Positions 12,647 through 25,810 are shown, counted from the stretch's first letter. The stretch is 64,000 nucleotides of DNA from Octopus vulgaris (GCA_951406725.2 OX597818.1:123628001-123692000); one strand, 5' to 3'. Program-made: numbers and translations. The notes: a model not told the origin generated them from the sequence alone.

Positions 12647-12915
12647 CTTTGTCACAGGTTTTGTTGGAGCATGCATACCTGGCTTACTACCTGCAGCCAA
12701 CGGTACCATGCTATTCGTTCTTTTCAGCTAATACTTTCCTGATAATTCTGGCCGTGCCAAGGAGGCAAACCTTTTATGGCAGTTCCACTGGACACTATAT
12801 TCCAATTTCCTGTATATTCCTCTTAATACCTTCAGATAATGTTCCCAAGCACCCAACAATAATTGGCACTATCTTCACCTTCATTTTCCATAGCCGGGTT
12901 ATTTCATACTTAAGA
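12580..12915 (-). mobile_element. Second R4/Dong 3' end with long (TAA)n tail
   Basis: WKMKVKIVPIIVGCLG...KVCLLGTARIIRKVL on the minus strand; (TAT)n at 12580-12645. Confidence 0.82.
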
Positions 12916-12944
12916 GGGTTGTGAGAGAGTTGTAACCATTATTG

Positions 12945-13230
12945 TAGTTGTTGTTGTTGTTGTTGCTGTTGTTGTTGTTGTTGTTGCCTTTCCACAGCTT
13001 CTAACTCTGGAGATGTACTATAGTGTCAGCTGTTCACTACCAGTGAACTAAGGTAACACTCCTTATTTTTCGAGCATCTTCCGGAGTATTCGAGCGGTTC
13101 AAAGCAGTGCTGTTTTCTGCAAGTGCTCCACCCTCGTTGCAAGCCCCTATTACTTCTCAAGATTTCTATTCACTCTTCCCATGGTTCCGACAATTATTGG
13201 TACCATTACCACCTTTTTCCTCGGCAACAA
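12945..13230 (-). mobile_element. Third R4/Dong 3' end with (CAA)n tail
   Basis: RVEHLQKTALL..TARILRKMLEK on the minus strand; (GTT)n at 12947-12986. Confidence 0.75.
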
Positions 13231-13246
13231 TTGCTTTACCTCCCAA

Positions 13247-13640
13247 GCTGGATGTGTGGTTAAGAAGCCAGAAGCTCGCTTTGCTGCCGCATAGTTCCGG
13301 GTTCGATTCCAATGCATGGGACCTTGGTCTTCAGTCCCAGTGCACGTTACCTTGAACGACTGTGTTCAACAATTCGCATGTGAGTGAATTTAGGGGAAGA
13401 AAATTATGTGGAAGCTTGTAAATTATATTTGCATAAGGGAGAGCATGTTTGTCTTTCTTGTATATATGTATATTTTTGCCCACACCCAGCACTTGACAAC
13501 CAGTGTTGGTTCGGTTATGTCTCCATAACTTGGTGACTCGGCAAAAGAGACCAATAGAATAAGGACCAGACTTTAAGCAAAAATAAATACTGGGGTCGAT
13601 TTGTTCTATTAAACTCTTCAAGGCAGTTCTCCAGCATAGA
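13247..13640 (+). mobile_element. SINE family B (tRNA head, internal microsatellite), degraded
   Basis: tgtgtggttaagaag head, gggttcgattcc B box, and the aaaaataaatactggggtcgatttg...aaggcagttctccagca tail shared with the 15586, 19222 and 48195 copies. Confidence 0.75.
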
Positions 13641-13847
13641 AAATGATAAAATATATATTAAAGAGACCATTGCTGCTTTGTTGCTTTGTTCTGTGTTTGT
13701 TCTTGTTGCTTTTTTGTTGGGTTTTTTTCCGAATAATGTTAATCAATAATCTAAGATAAATCATGCTTCTACCAATCTCTTCTTTTTGTATGAAATCCTC
13801 TGAAGATTATCATAGAAAAAGGGTAAGTTGAAACAAGAGAGCGAAAG

Positions 13848-13886
<39 letters not shown>

Positions 13887-14556
13887 CATGCTCAAGTGTT
13901 TTCAGCAACTAGTAATCTGTGCCAGATTTATAATCCTGCATACTCTTATTCATCATTTTTTATTGAATAATGTATTTTTCCTACATGCAACTCATTCTCG
14001 AACCCAGTTTTTCTTTAATTTATTTTTCACTTCTTTTCAGTTGAAAGACAAATATTTGTCTTAATAATGAGGATTTTTAAAATCTGTAAACTAAATAAAG
14101 ATTATTAAGTCCTTGAATCAACAGTAACGAAAATACAGAAGCGAAAGATTATATAAGAATAAGGGAGGGAGAGGTTGATGCTTCTGTCTCACCAAGTGTG
14201 TTGCTCCACGACTACTACTCGTGGGTGCAATTCAGTTATTGTAAGACACGAAGTATTTTACCGGCTGCGTTTCGCTTGTGCTCTTCAGGAAGACACTTGA
14301 CGTTGCTCCAGTTTACGCAGCTGTAAATAGATACTATTCGGGCGCTGTTGCAGTCTTCTTTTCCTTTCAACTATCACAACCCGAAAGTTTAAGTGAGTCA
14401 AGGATGAGATAACCGAGAGGATGTCTATACCTGCGCGTGACAACATAGACACTGAAAACTATTAGCAAAAACATGGTTAACCTAACCAAACAATACTCGA
14501 TCGCGACTGACAACTAACTGACTGCACTTCTCTGTATATTTAGATTTTCATAGTTA

Positions 14557-14709
14557 TCTCTCTATATATAAACGGCAGTTTGTCTGTGCGTGTTTCTGTG
14601 TGTCTGTTTTCTCGTACCCTCACCCTGACCACGGCTTTCAATAACTCTCTAAAGATGCTTTATAGTTATTTCCCTTACAAACCTGAGCAACGCCGGGCGA
14701 TACTGCTAG
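14557..14709 (+). mobile_element. Internally deleted 153-bp Helitron, same family as 3322-3771
   Basis: A|TCTCTCTATATATAAACGGCAGTTTG ... CCTGAGCAACGCCGGGCGATACTGCTAG|T. Confidence 0.85.
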
Positions 14710-15532
14710 TGGTTGATATTCTGCTTCAAATTCTTGCAAAGATATCCAACTACACATAAATACACATGCAAATTCTAAATTAACTATCATCTCTATTCTT
14801 ATATAAATATTGCTGATATTCACAATATTTCCTTCAATATTGTCATCGACACTGGTGAAATGTTTTATATGTTCTTATTTATTTAGCTGAATTTCAGGAG
14901 TTCTTCACGCAATTCGTGGTATTCCATATTTTATTTTTTTTCCTGATACGCCTTCTCCTTGAAATCATACTATGCAGTAGAACATCAGTTAATCAGTCCT
15001 GTCTTATCTCATTTTCTATAGATATTTTATCTCTTCACCTGGTTTATGTTACCTTTTTGTCTCTCAGTAAAAAAGTGTTCCCATAGCAACTTAACTGCAT
15101 CATTTTTATCTGCCGACCTTACTTTGCAATCGCATTATTTGTCATTACGAGGATACAATATTTATTACAGAACTTGCTAAGAAAAATGTTGGCCACCTTC
15201 GCACGTTCCTTTTGGTTATAATCTTGCTGTGCTAGGTTTTCTATATTTCTTTAAAATGTAAATAATGGCTTCTATTTCTTGCCACCCACGCAGTATGTAT
15301 GAGAGATTCTCTTGTTCTTCTCATACCATTATATGACTTCTAAATTTTAGCAGCCTTGTAAATGCCTATCTTTTCAATAATTTACAAAAAATTCTACGTT
15401 CGCTATTCCCAACATCCTTTATTGAATTGGGCGAGCTGATTATTTTCCCACAACTTCAGTCTTTCTACATTGGTTTTTTTTTTTGTTTCTTTGGAGTTTT
15501 TTGTACACACACACACGCGCACGCAAGCACGC

Positions 15533-15569
<37 letters not shown>

Positions 15570-15585
15570 CTCTTTACTCTTTACT

Positions 15586-15955
15586 TTTTTACTTGTTTCA
15601 TTCATTTGACTGCGGCCATGCTGGAGCACCGCCTTTAGTCGAGCAAATCGACCCCGGGACTTATTCTTTGTAAGCCCAGTACTTATTCTATCGGTCTCTT
15701 TTGCCGAACCGCTGAGAGACGGGGACGTAAACACACCAGCATCGGTTGTCAAGCAATGCTAGGGTGACAAACACAGACACACAAACATATACACACACAC
15801 TTATATATATATACATATATACGATATATACCAAATCCACTCACAAGGCATTGGTCAGCCCGGGGCTATAGCAGAAGACACTTTGCCCAACATACCACGC
15901 AGTGGGACTGAACCCGAAACCATGTGGTTGGTTAGCAAGCTACTTACCACACACC
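15586..15955 (-). mobile_element. SINE family B
   Basis: Near-identical to 19222-19707; tRNA-like head, internal CA/TA microsatellite, 3' stem-loops. Confidence 0.9.
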
Positions 15956-16449
15956 CATCTCCCATTTGTCTTCTGATTTTCTTCGTAAAATATTTATATG
16001 TTTTTGTTTGTTTGTTTCCTTAAACAGAGTTACAGACTTTTGAGCAATCCATGGTAATTTTACATACAATTTCTCTCCTATCAACTCTGAAACTCTATAC
16101 AGCCGAAGGATTTTCTAGAATACTAATACCTCCAGAACTTCAGTGTTGATGTTTTTTACTATCTAAACGGTACCTGAGGCAATATTTTTCCTCTTTTATG
16201 TTTTACAGGAATTCTTATCTTTCCGTGCGATTCGTCCTCATAAATGTTCTCTACTCGAAATTTTTCATTGATAGTTACATTGCGCATATCCATTTCCCGC
16301 TTTTTCTTCCTATCTCGATCCAAACAAAATCTCTTTTAATTGTTAGCAAGTTCTGTGATAGTACCATTCTTAACCGTTGTGAGTGGATTTGATAGAAACT
16401 GAAAAAAGATGTCGTTTATATGTGTGTTTGTGTGTTTGTGCATATATAC

Positions 16450-16494
<45 letters not shown>

Positions 16495-16498
16495 TGTG

Positions 16499-16538
<40 letters not shown>

Positions 16539-16591
16539 AAAAATAGAAGATGAAAATACAATGAGAATAGTTAAAATATTTTTTATTAAAA

Positions 16592-16647
16592 TATTTGAAG
16601 CTTTAACCGGTTTCACAGTTTACACAGATTATCAAAATGTTCAAATA
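16592..16647 (-). ncRNA. Minimal type-I hammerhead-ribozyme-like motif (U3-A8 variant, degenerate stem II)
   Basis: Minus strand: TATTTGAA-CATT-TTGATAA-TCTGT-GTAA-ACTGT-GAAA-CCGG-TT-AAAGC-TTCAAATA. Confidence 0.5.
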
Positions 16648-17047
16648 GAAAGACATGGCTTATGTCGCAGCTGTCTTGCTTCTGACCAGTGTTTGAAGCT
16701 TGCCCTGTTGTTATAGGGAGTTCATGGCTCAAATCAGTATATGTGTTGAATAGGATTTGATTGATTGGCAGAGGCTAGTCACATGACTGGTTTTAGAAAG
16801 TTTTGTAGGCTCCCCGTTACGTCAGTGTGTTAGTATCAAGTGACAATGTTTGGCGTCATAAGTTAAGGTTGACACGGGTGAGTGAACAAGTCCAAGCAAT
16901 CAATGCTCCGAATGTTTTCCTTCGAGTGTTTGTAGAGAATGAGCACATGGTTAAGTTTATGACTTTTTTCGCGTTTACCGCTACGTCTGTGCGTTAGTTT
17001 GACATGACAGCATATTTTACGCGTAAAAAGAATGCCCACACGGTTGA

Positions 17048-17626
17048 GTGAAGATGTTTAGTTATAATCAAGACAGTCTACCCTCTATTAATGCTAATAG
17101 TCAACGGAATAGAACGTGCCAAATCAATAAGTATCGAAGAGCTACAAAAAACGCTCCAGATACTCCCAATAATCTACCCTTTTTTACAACACACAACCCA
17201 AGAAATACAGAAGTTTACAATATTATCCACCAGAACATCCCATTACTAAAACAAGACCCAAGAATGAAACAAGCATTCGAGATACACAAAATAATCAAAA
17301 GTAAAAGACAATCAAAATCCCTCAAAAAATTCCTCATGAGTGCTAACTTACCTTCCAAAATTCCTACACCAACAGTCAAAACATGTGGCCACCCACATTG
17401 CGGGTCCTGCATCAACCTTCTTGAAGACGCAACATACAAATTCAAATCAGGACAGACTTTAACTGTAAAAAATCACTTTACGTGTTCTTCAAGGAACTTG
17501 ATATCCGCTATCAAATGTCAAGGATGTAATGAAGATTACATGGGTCAAACAAAGCTTATTCTAAGAAATAGATTGACCATTCACCGACAACAAATACAAG
17601 ACCCCAGTACTAGACAGATCCACTGA
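17048..17626 (+). mobile_element. Penelope-like element, RT-linker and GIY-YIG endonuclease fragment
   Basis: LPFFTTHNP, KTCGHPHCGSC, FTCSSRNLISAIKCQGCNEDYMGQTK..RNRLTIHRQQI. Confidence 0.88.
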
Positions 17627-17644
17627 GTATACATACACACATAC

Positions 17645-17679
<35 letters not shown>

Positions 17680-17681
17680 CA

Positions 17682-17726
<45 letters not shown>

Positions 17727-17874
17727 CATAAATATGACTAGTTATGTGACTATCCTCTACCAATCAAATCCTATTCAAAACATATACTAATTAGGAGAGA
17801 GAGAAATGAAAAATTACTGTTTCGGTAGCTGTGATTTATTTCAATACTATACTGTACTACGGAATATATCAATA

Positions 17875-18225
17875 GATTTTTAGCCAACACTGTATATATA
17901 AACAGTTGTAAGCATTGTGTCTTTGTACAATAGACACTATCTTTGCGGGCAGTAAAATAACAATCAATTGGTCTAGTTTCAATCCTGGGTTGGGATTTTC
18001 ATCAGCAAGTGATTGCCCTCTTTAACCGTGAGCAGAGACAGTGCTCATAAGCCCATAATTACGTGGATAGACTAAGTAGCGTATAAGAAGCATTCTTCTC
18101 AGCTAGTTTAATTTGTAAGTTTCTGGTGTATTAGCAGTGTTTTGTTTTAGACGGTGATATACTGTACTAAAATACTAAAAACAATTTGATTGTACCTGCC
18201 TTACATACAATGTTGGCTAAAAATC
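17875..18225. mobile_element. Possible MITE (21-bp inverted termini)
   Basis: gatttttagccaacactgtat (17875-17895) matches the reverse complement of 18205-18225 at 20/21; no TSD identified. Confidence 0.45.
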
Positions 18226-19221
18226 AATGGCTATATTGATTAGAATAAAATTGCCTTCAAAGTTTGACGCAAGTTCAGCAATTTCAGGGAAGGTGCTATG
18301 TCGATCACATCAATCCCAGTGCTGAACTGGTATTTACATTATCGACACGTCTTGTTAGCATTCTGTGCAAGAGACACCGAGAATAAGGAGTGCTTCGGTT
18401 TGCAGGCATAGGAATACAGAATTAGGAGGAAACATTCGTTGGCGGGCAATATTGAATTTAATTCTTTCGAAGGAAAAGTTATTTCTCGTCTTTAACGCTA
18501 CGGAAATTAGCCACAAGAAGTAGGTCCCTGTAACTGGGAAAACAATTTTAAAATGTTATCAAATCTTGCTGCTATCCCGAAGCGAAGGTTTTAATTTAGT
18601 TTATAAATCTAACAGATCATCGACACCGTCTTGCTATCGCACTTTTTGTAATAAACTGTCAACTTGTTGTCTTTAATAGGAAAACGAGGGAAAAAAATAA
18701 GATGAACATTTTTTGAAATATGAATTTTAATTATGAAATGTTATGAAATTTATTTTGAGAAATATTCATTTTGATTTTTATTGCAAAGTTTGTCACGAAC
18801 TGACTATGATGAAACTTCACGCTAAAACGTTAAAGAAAAGGACAAAATATATTCTTGGAAAAAATTGTGGAAATTATGGAACTCAACAACGTCGATGCTA
18901 AAAGGTTATGCTTAAGTAATCTGTTTAATCACTGTTTGTTGCTGGGAGTTGTGGAGTTCTCCTGTGATCCAGGTGGTAGCAGGATTGGTTGGTTGGTCGA
19001 TATCAGAATGGGAGTTCTGGTAGTCGATCTTTTATTATGATGGGGTGTCTATTAATATGTAACTGGCGAAGGAGTTCACCTGGGTCGATGCCACAGTTCG
19101 AGTGGAAATGCAGCAGAATTGGAGTCGATATAATCGACTGTACCTTTCTTTCAAATTTCAAGCCTTATACTTTTGTTAGATGTTATTATACATTTTACAT
19201 TGATAATTACTCTTTCTCTTT

Positions 19222-19707
<486 letters not shown>

Positions 19708-20917
19708 CTAAATGTTATAATATAAATTTGTCGTTGGTTTTCTTTAAATGTCAGTTGCGAACTGACATCTATTATGAAACTTTGTTGAAAAAAGAATCAA
19801 AAAACGAAAAGAAAATCGGTGTATATAGGAAGTTTATTGACCAGTACATTTCACGATATATGTCATACAGCCATTGCCATTATCGCTTCTGGATTTGTAC
19901 ACCCTGTCAAATTTATGTCGACCCGTCTTGAATAAAGGAGGACACATTAAACAATGTAGTCGCTGGAAGATTAACCGACGATCAGAGCTATTCCGGAGTT
20001 AAACGATAACGTAGAGTTCCCAAACCAACAAGGGAGAGTGAATGTGGTTGCTCGACTTGCTAGAAATAGCAGTTAACTCTTTGTAATATCACCCTCTACT
20101 GACTAAAAAATGGAGGACTTTGGATAATGGGCTTCGGGTCACAATATGTTAGAGTAAACGAGAGGATGATCACGATTGGAATGTCTTTGATCATAGATCT
20201 ACTCAGTTAGGAAGGTTAAACAACGAGAAATTCAATTAAGTGGAGTTGGTCGGCTGTTAAGTGTTAAATGTCTTCACAATGGCCACAACACAATACTGGA
20301 AACTACATTCGAACCGCTAACATCGTCAGTCTTTTGCTATAGAATTGACTCCCCATTTCTTTTTTTTAAATGTAATAAATTAACGTCGATAAATGACCTC
20401 GATATTGTGTGTATATATATATATATATACTCTTTTTACTTTGTACCACATTCTTTTTTTACTTTTTTTATATCATGTGTATGACTTTTTTTTGCCTGTG
20501 ATTAAATGTAAATGTAATTTATGTGAGAGATTCAACACAATCAGCAATTAGCGATTTTTTTAATTTTTATTTTATATTTATTTTTTATTTATTTATTTTT
20601 TTGTAATTACGGTTAAAGATAATTTATAATTGTAAGATTTCTTTCTCTTTGTATTAGAGTTTGCTGCTTGTATAAAACAAAATAATAGTGTAAATGAGAT
20701 AACGTTAATATGGCGATATTATGGTTAAGAAACTACATTTAAATGTCTGGAGTTGCGGCCCTCTGTCATCCGTTTGGTTATTTTTATAAACATTTAACAT
20801 GAAATTAATTGACACGACGTAATAAAAAAAGTAAACGAGTAACGTGAAGTAATGTGAACCAACTAACCAAACAACGTAATGTTAGGCCTGAGTAAACATA
20901 TAGAATAATTTTAAATC

Positions 20918-21202
20918 ACTGTAATCTATGACGTGCTCCTATAATCCAGCCACTAGAAGACTTGGCTGGTTGGCTGGTTTGAGGAGAGGAATCGGTTTAC
21001 TGCGACGATCAGATATCTACGCTAAGCGATCAGATGTCTCTCTGGCGATGGAGCTCATTAGGACCTGGTTGTTTAAAGAGAGTCGATTCGATCCAAGGCA
21101 AAGACGCAGCAGGCAAAAGACCCCGTGTCAAGCAGTAGCGGAATCGCGCCTATTAATAGTCATTGGTTAACGGTCTGTTCGATACAACTGAACACCAGTC
21201 TT
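20918..21202 (+). pseudogene. 7SL (SRP RNA) copy, near full length, probably a pseudogene
   Basis: Colinear with metazoan 7SL: cctataatccagccact (Alu domain), gatcagatatctacgctaag, cctggttgtttaaagag, gcagcaggcaaaagaccccgtg, cagtagcggaatcgcgcctattaatag. Helix-8 loop altered and no T-run terminator. Confidence 0.82.
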
Positions 21203-21264
21203 ACATATTTGACAGTATTTTTGCTAATGTTATTACTTCATAGTATTATGCTATATTGATTTTT

Positions 21265-21455
21265 AATTTTGGCACATGGCCAGTAATTTCGGGGTAAGGG
21301 ATAAGTCGATTACATCGACCCCAGTTATCAACTGATGGTTATATTACTGATCCCGAAATGATGAAAGGCAATGTCGGCCTTGACGGAATTTGAACTCAGA
21401 ACACGAAGACAGATGAAATGCTGTTATTCATTTCGCCCGGCGTGCTAACGATTCT
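21265..21455 (-). mobile_element. SINE family A, older copy
   Basis: Reverse complement of the family A head and core. Confidence 0.8.
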
Positions 21456-23454
21456 TATCATCTCACACCATCTCGTATCCTGCAAGAATATAATTCAAGA
21501 ATGGATTGCTACCAAATATGGAAGTGAAACTGAAGTTGACAGAAGTGTTGTCTTCTGTACCTTTTATTGCAATCACAACTGACACAAAATAGTTAGATCA
21601 TTTTAACTGGGCATCATACTGACGATTATTTGCACATGAAAGCTAATACACCAATGATGGGATCGATGCCAGAGCAACACACTGGATAAAACAAGGTCCC
21701 AAACTGATAGAATTTGTCAAAGAATTTGGTTTGGACATCAAATATTCGGCCTGTGCCTTTGCCTATGCCCGAAATATGGAGAGTACTGAAAATGAAACCA
21801 GTGAACAGATCACACTTTTGAACTCTGAAGGTTTCCTTGTTTTTCATTTTTTTCTTTTTCTTTTTCTTTTTTTTTTTTAGTCGCCGTTTTATCAACATTT
21901 GTGTCCAAATTACAGCGACTTATTGGTGAATTTAAGCAAACGGCCAAACTGACAAGAGAAATGAGAAGAACCTGATGAACAGAATAAAGATTAATTCAGC
22001 ATATGGAACCTACATAATCTGCCTCAGCAGTGCCAACTTAACGCTGACATTATAGCGGATTAACAGATACAACAAACCGATTCAAATATTCGTAAATACA
22101 AACAATAGGATACAATAATCTGTAGTGTGGTCGTTGTCTTGAGTGACACGACAGCTCAGATTTACTGAGAACAAGAAGAATCTTCTTCAGAAATTTATCT
22201 AATTGTTGTTTGTCCTGTTCAATAACTGCCTGAAAACTGGTGACATTGATTCAGGACTAATCATTAGCCATGAACTGAATTTCATATTTCAACCAACAGA
22301 AACGTGGATGAGTCATTCAGTGCCAATAATAATCTTGCTATTAGATCCTTTTGATAAACATCTTTCATATTTGAATGAGGATCAAAAGATTATAACCAGC
22401 AAATTACTGAAACCCTTGCTAGAAACATCACTCATAACTTACTTAATGAGAAGATTGTAGCACAGATAAACTTAATTTCCAAAGTAACCGTTGTAAATCT
22501 AATTTTCTGAATTTCAAATCTATTCATAAAGATGGTGAAGAATTAAGTTGGTATCTTGTTGACAATGTACCATATGGTGTAGAAGCATTGTAGTGATGGG
22601 TTCAAAATAAAGGAACGACTGAGATAATTTTCTCGCTAACTAGCATTCTCATTAATAAACGATTGTCAAGTAAAACTGTAGTTAATATTTTTTATGAATA
22701 AAAATACATGTAATGAAATGAGTGAAACAAATAATGAATGATGTCATTTTAAAATGAAAACTATACTTGCCTAATTAGTCACTTGACAGATAATTTTTTG
22801 TATAATGTTCATCGTTGAAACTATTATTTTATGTATAGATATTCAATATCAAGTACCATTTCTTTGATATTTACGTAGTTGTAATAATTGCATTAACACG
22901 AGAATGCATTAATGCAATTATGGATTTGAGCCGTTTTTTGAACAGTTTTCTGCAGAAATCATACAAAGTAGAAAATAGTTATCAAGCTTAACGGTATTAC
23001 TATATTTTATCTCTGAATAGTGTAATAAATTATTGTAAAACACAGAAATAAATACCATTCACATCTGAATGTGAAGACTGCTTCGGTTACGGCGAAATAT
23101 TTTGACCTTTTCGAACAGCTGCGATGCACCGGCAAGCATATATTCCAATATTCGAAATTTGGTTTCCGCATTTTCTTCCCATTCTAATCACACTTGTAAT
23201 AAATACTGTTTTCTATTTATATATTTCGTGTAAATCAGACAGAGACAACCCTAGTCTCGTTTAAGTCATTTCCCTTGGTTAAAGTTCCTTTTAGTGAAGT
23301 ATTCAAGCAAATATTAAAACGGTATTTTTCAATATTGTTTAGTGCAACATTTATTGCAATATGTATCTTCATTATATCTTAATATCTTAATCTTAAAAAA
23401 CCTAGCTGTCTACATTTTAACTGTACTTCATCGTTTTCAATACGTTTCATTCAT

Positions 23455-24340
23455 TAACATCCAAGTGCCCTCCTTGTTTCCATGAGTCGGACTGCCAAGG
23501 CTCTCCAGTTCCTTGTTTTGTGCTTCATACACACAATTAGCAACGCTCTTGTTTCCAGTTCGTTCTTTGATGTCGTCTGTCGACAATAGTGTTTGACAGC
23601 CTCTTGCTCTTCCCTTCCACACTTCCTGTAAGGATAGTCTTGGGCAATGTCTCGTGGTGCATCGTATGTCCAAAATATGATAGCTCTATGGACTTGATTC
23701 TCGACAGTAGCCATGCTTGAACTTTCAGTTTTCTAGTACTGTAGAATTTGTTACACTGTCTTTCCAGTTTAATCTGTTCAATCTACGAAAGATCCATATC
23801 TCAAAGAAATCTATTTTCTTTTCCTTTGCTCTGTCCTGTAGAGGACGATTGACACAATATAACAGTTTATTAACCTCAAGTTTATGTGCAGTGTTATGTC
23901 TCTTAAGTTGAGGATCTGTTTTTATCCTTATAAATGTATTTTTAGCCTTATTTATTCTTTGAGTAGCTTTCTACACAGCGACCTTCCCGATTTATTATTT
24001 GTTCTAAATATTTGGCGTCTTTTATTTGCTCAAACTTCTATCCATGAACCTTTGCATTTGCTTTCTTTTGTTCTGTCTAATGCAGAAGCAAGATGCAAGC
24101 ACAGAAAAGATGTATTTGCATTTTTCATAGATTATGCCAAGACATTTGACACCACAGAGTGCTCATCACCTGTATAGAAAAATCCGGCTTTGAAGGAAGG
24201 GACATCTGAAGGGTTTATCGGTTGTATTAGAACCAAAAGGAAGCCATTAAAATAGGCCAGGAACTGTCACAACCAGAATAGATAGAAAGAGGTGTAGGAC
24301 AAGGATGTGTGTTATCATCATACCCATTTGATATCTGCAT
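23455..24340 (-). mobile_element. RTE (BovB-like) LINE, 5'-truncated with an inverted 5' segment
   Basis: Minus strand 23455-24075: LSYFGHTMHHETLPKTILTGSVEGK plus 3' end. Plus strand 24080-24340: FIDYAKTFD and ERGVGQGCVLS. Confidence 0.75.
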
Positions 24341-24344
24341 TGCG

Positions 24345-24376
<32 letters not shown>

Positions 24377-25030
24377 GAGAGTCATATGAGGTTGACGGGA
24401 GTGCGGTAGTTGGAGTGCTAGTCGTGGTAGCTGTTGTTGTTACTAGCGAATGAAAATAATATATCTTGGGAAGCGTGGAGAAGTTCCTAGCACTCGCGAA
24501 CCATTATCAGAAGATTCTATTACCGCACATAGTGCTTTCTTTGTTGGTCTTTTACAAATGCTAACACCAAATCTCTTGCATTCTTTTCCTTTATTAACTC
24601 TCATTTTCCCAACAGTACTCCCTGTCTGCCTGTCACATTCTCTCTCTGTCTTTCTTTCTCTTTTCTCTCTCTCTCTCTCTTTCTCTTACACACAGACACA
24701 CACGCACTCACCTTTCCCTTCCCCCTTCTATTATCCCTATAATTCATCCCACTTTCTTTAATGTCTCTTCACATAAAAATCTATTCACCCATCTTTTCAG
24801 TTTCTCTCCCACTATTCTCTTTTCCCTCTCTTTCTCTCCTTATCTCTGTCTATGTATCTATATCTCCCTATTTCTCTCACTCTCTCTTTCTCTCTTTCCT
24901 TCATTTCTCGTCTCCATTAATATTATGGTTCTCTTCGTTTACCATTCATATCTTCACTCTCCGCTCATTCTTTTGCTAATCATATTTCCTCTCTCTTTTA
25001 CTCCTTAATTAACTTTCTTTCTATCGCTTT

Positions 25031-25106
<76 letters not shown>

Positions 25107-25659
25107 TAATGCATATTTCTCTATCTTTGCCTGTTTTCTCGAATTTTCTCTCCACCGTCCTAACTCTTTCTTTCTCTTTCCATATTGAACCTTTTCTGTA
25201 TCTTATTACTTACCTACCTAAATATCGATTTCTTTCTTGATACATTTATCCTTCACCTTCTCTTATTAATTGCTCTTTTTATCCGTCTCCCCTCATCTCT
25301 CTTTTCCATTCATTCTTCTTGCTTCAATCTCTATGTGTTCTTTTTTTGTTTTCATACATTTTTCTCTATTTCTCTCTGCTTTTCACTTTCAGTCCATTTC
25401 TCTTTCCCTTTTCTTCATTTCTCTCTTATTTTCTCTTCAGTATCTTCTCGCTCTTACAAACACACATTTCCCCCAAGTCTTTCCTACTCAGTTCTATACA
25501 TCCATCAATTTGTATTCCACACATTGTCATTGAGTCTAAGGGCATAAAATATATATTACCCCATCTTTATTTCTCTCTTTATCTCTTTCTTTCAATTTTT
25601 TTCTGTGTATGCTTTACCTCTTATTTTCTACCTTTATTTTTCTCCTACTCTTTCTTATG

Positions 25660-25810
25660 CTGGGTGATGGCGTATGGCCTTAGTAGTTATGGTAAAGGGT
25701 TCATAATCATGAAATCATGGGTTCAATTCCTCGACAAGGCAGCGCATTATGTCTTGGCACGAAACATATCATTTCACGTTATTCCAGTTTACTCAGCTGA
25801 GAATATGCTC
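25660..25810 (+). mobile_element. SINE family C 5' part
   Basis: tggccttagtagtt A box, gggttcaattcc B box, atttcacgttattccagtttactcagctg core. Confidence 0.65.

Noticed and set aside
14900-16380. Possible decayed LINE RT on the minus strand around the SINE
   Set aside because: Only a weak DFK-like remnant; not enough to call
20928-21170. 80-aa ORF
   Set aside because: Coincides with the 7SL-like RNA copy
24600-25650. Long Phe/Leu/Ser-rich ORFs resembling membrane proteins
   Set aside because: Pyrimidine-rich low-complexity DNA
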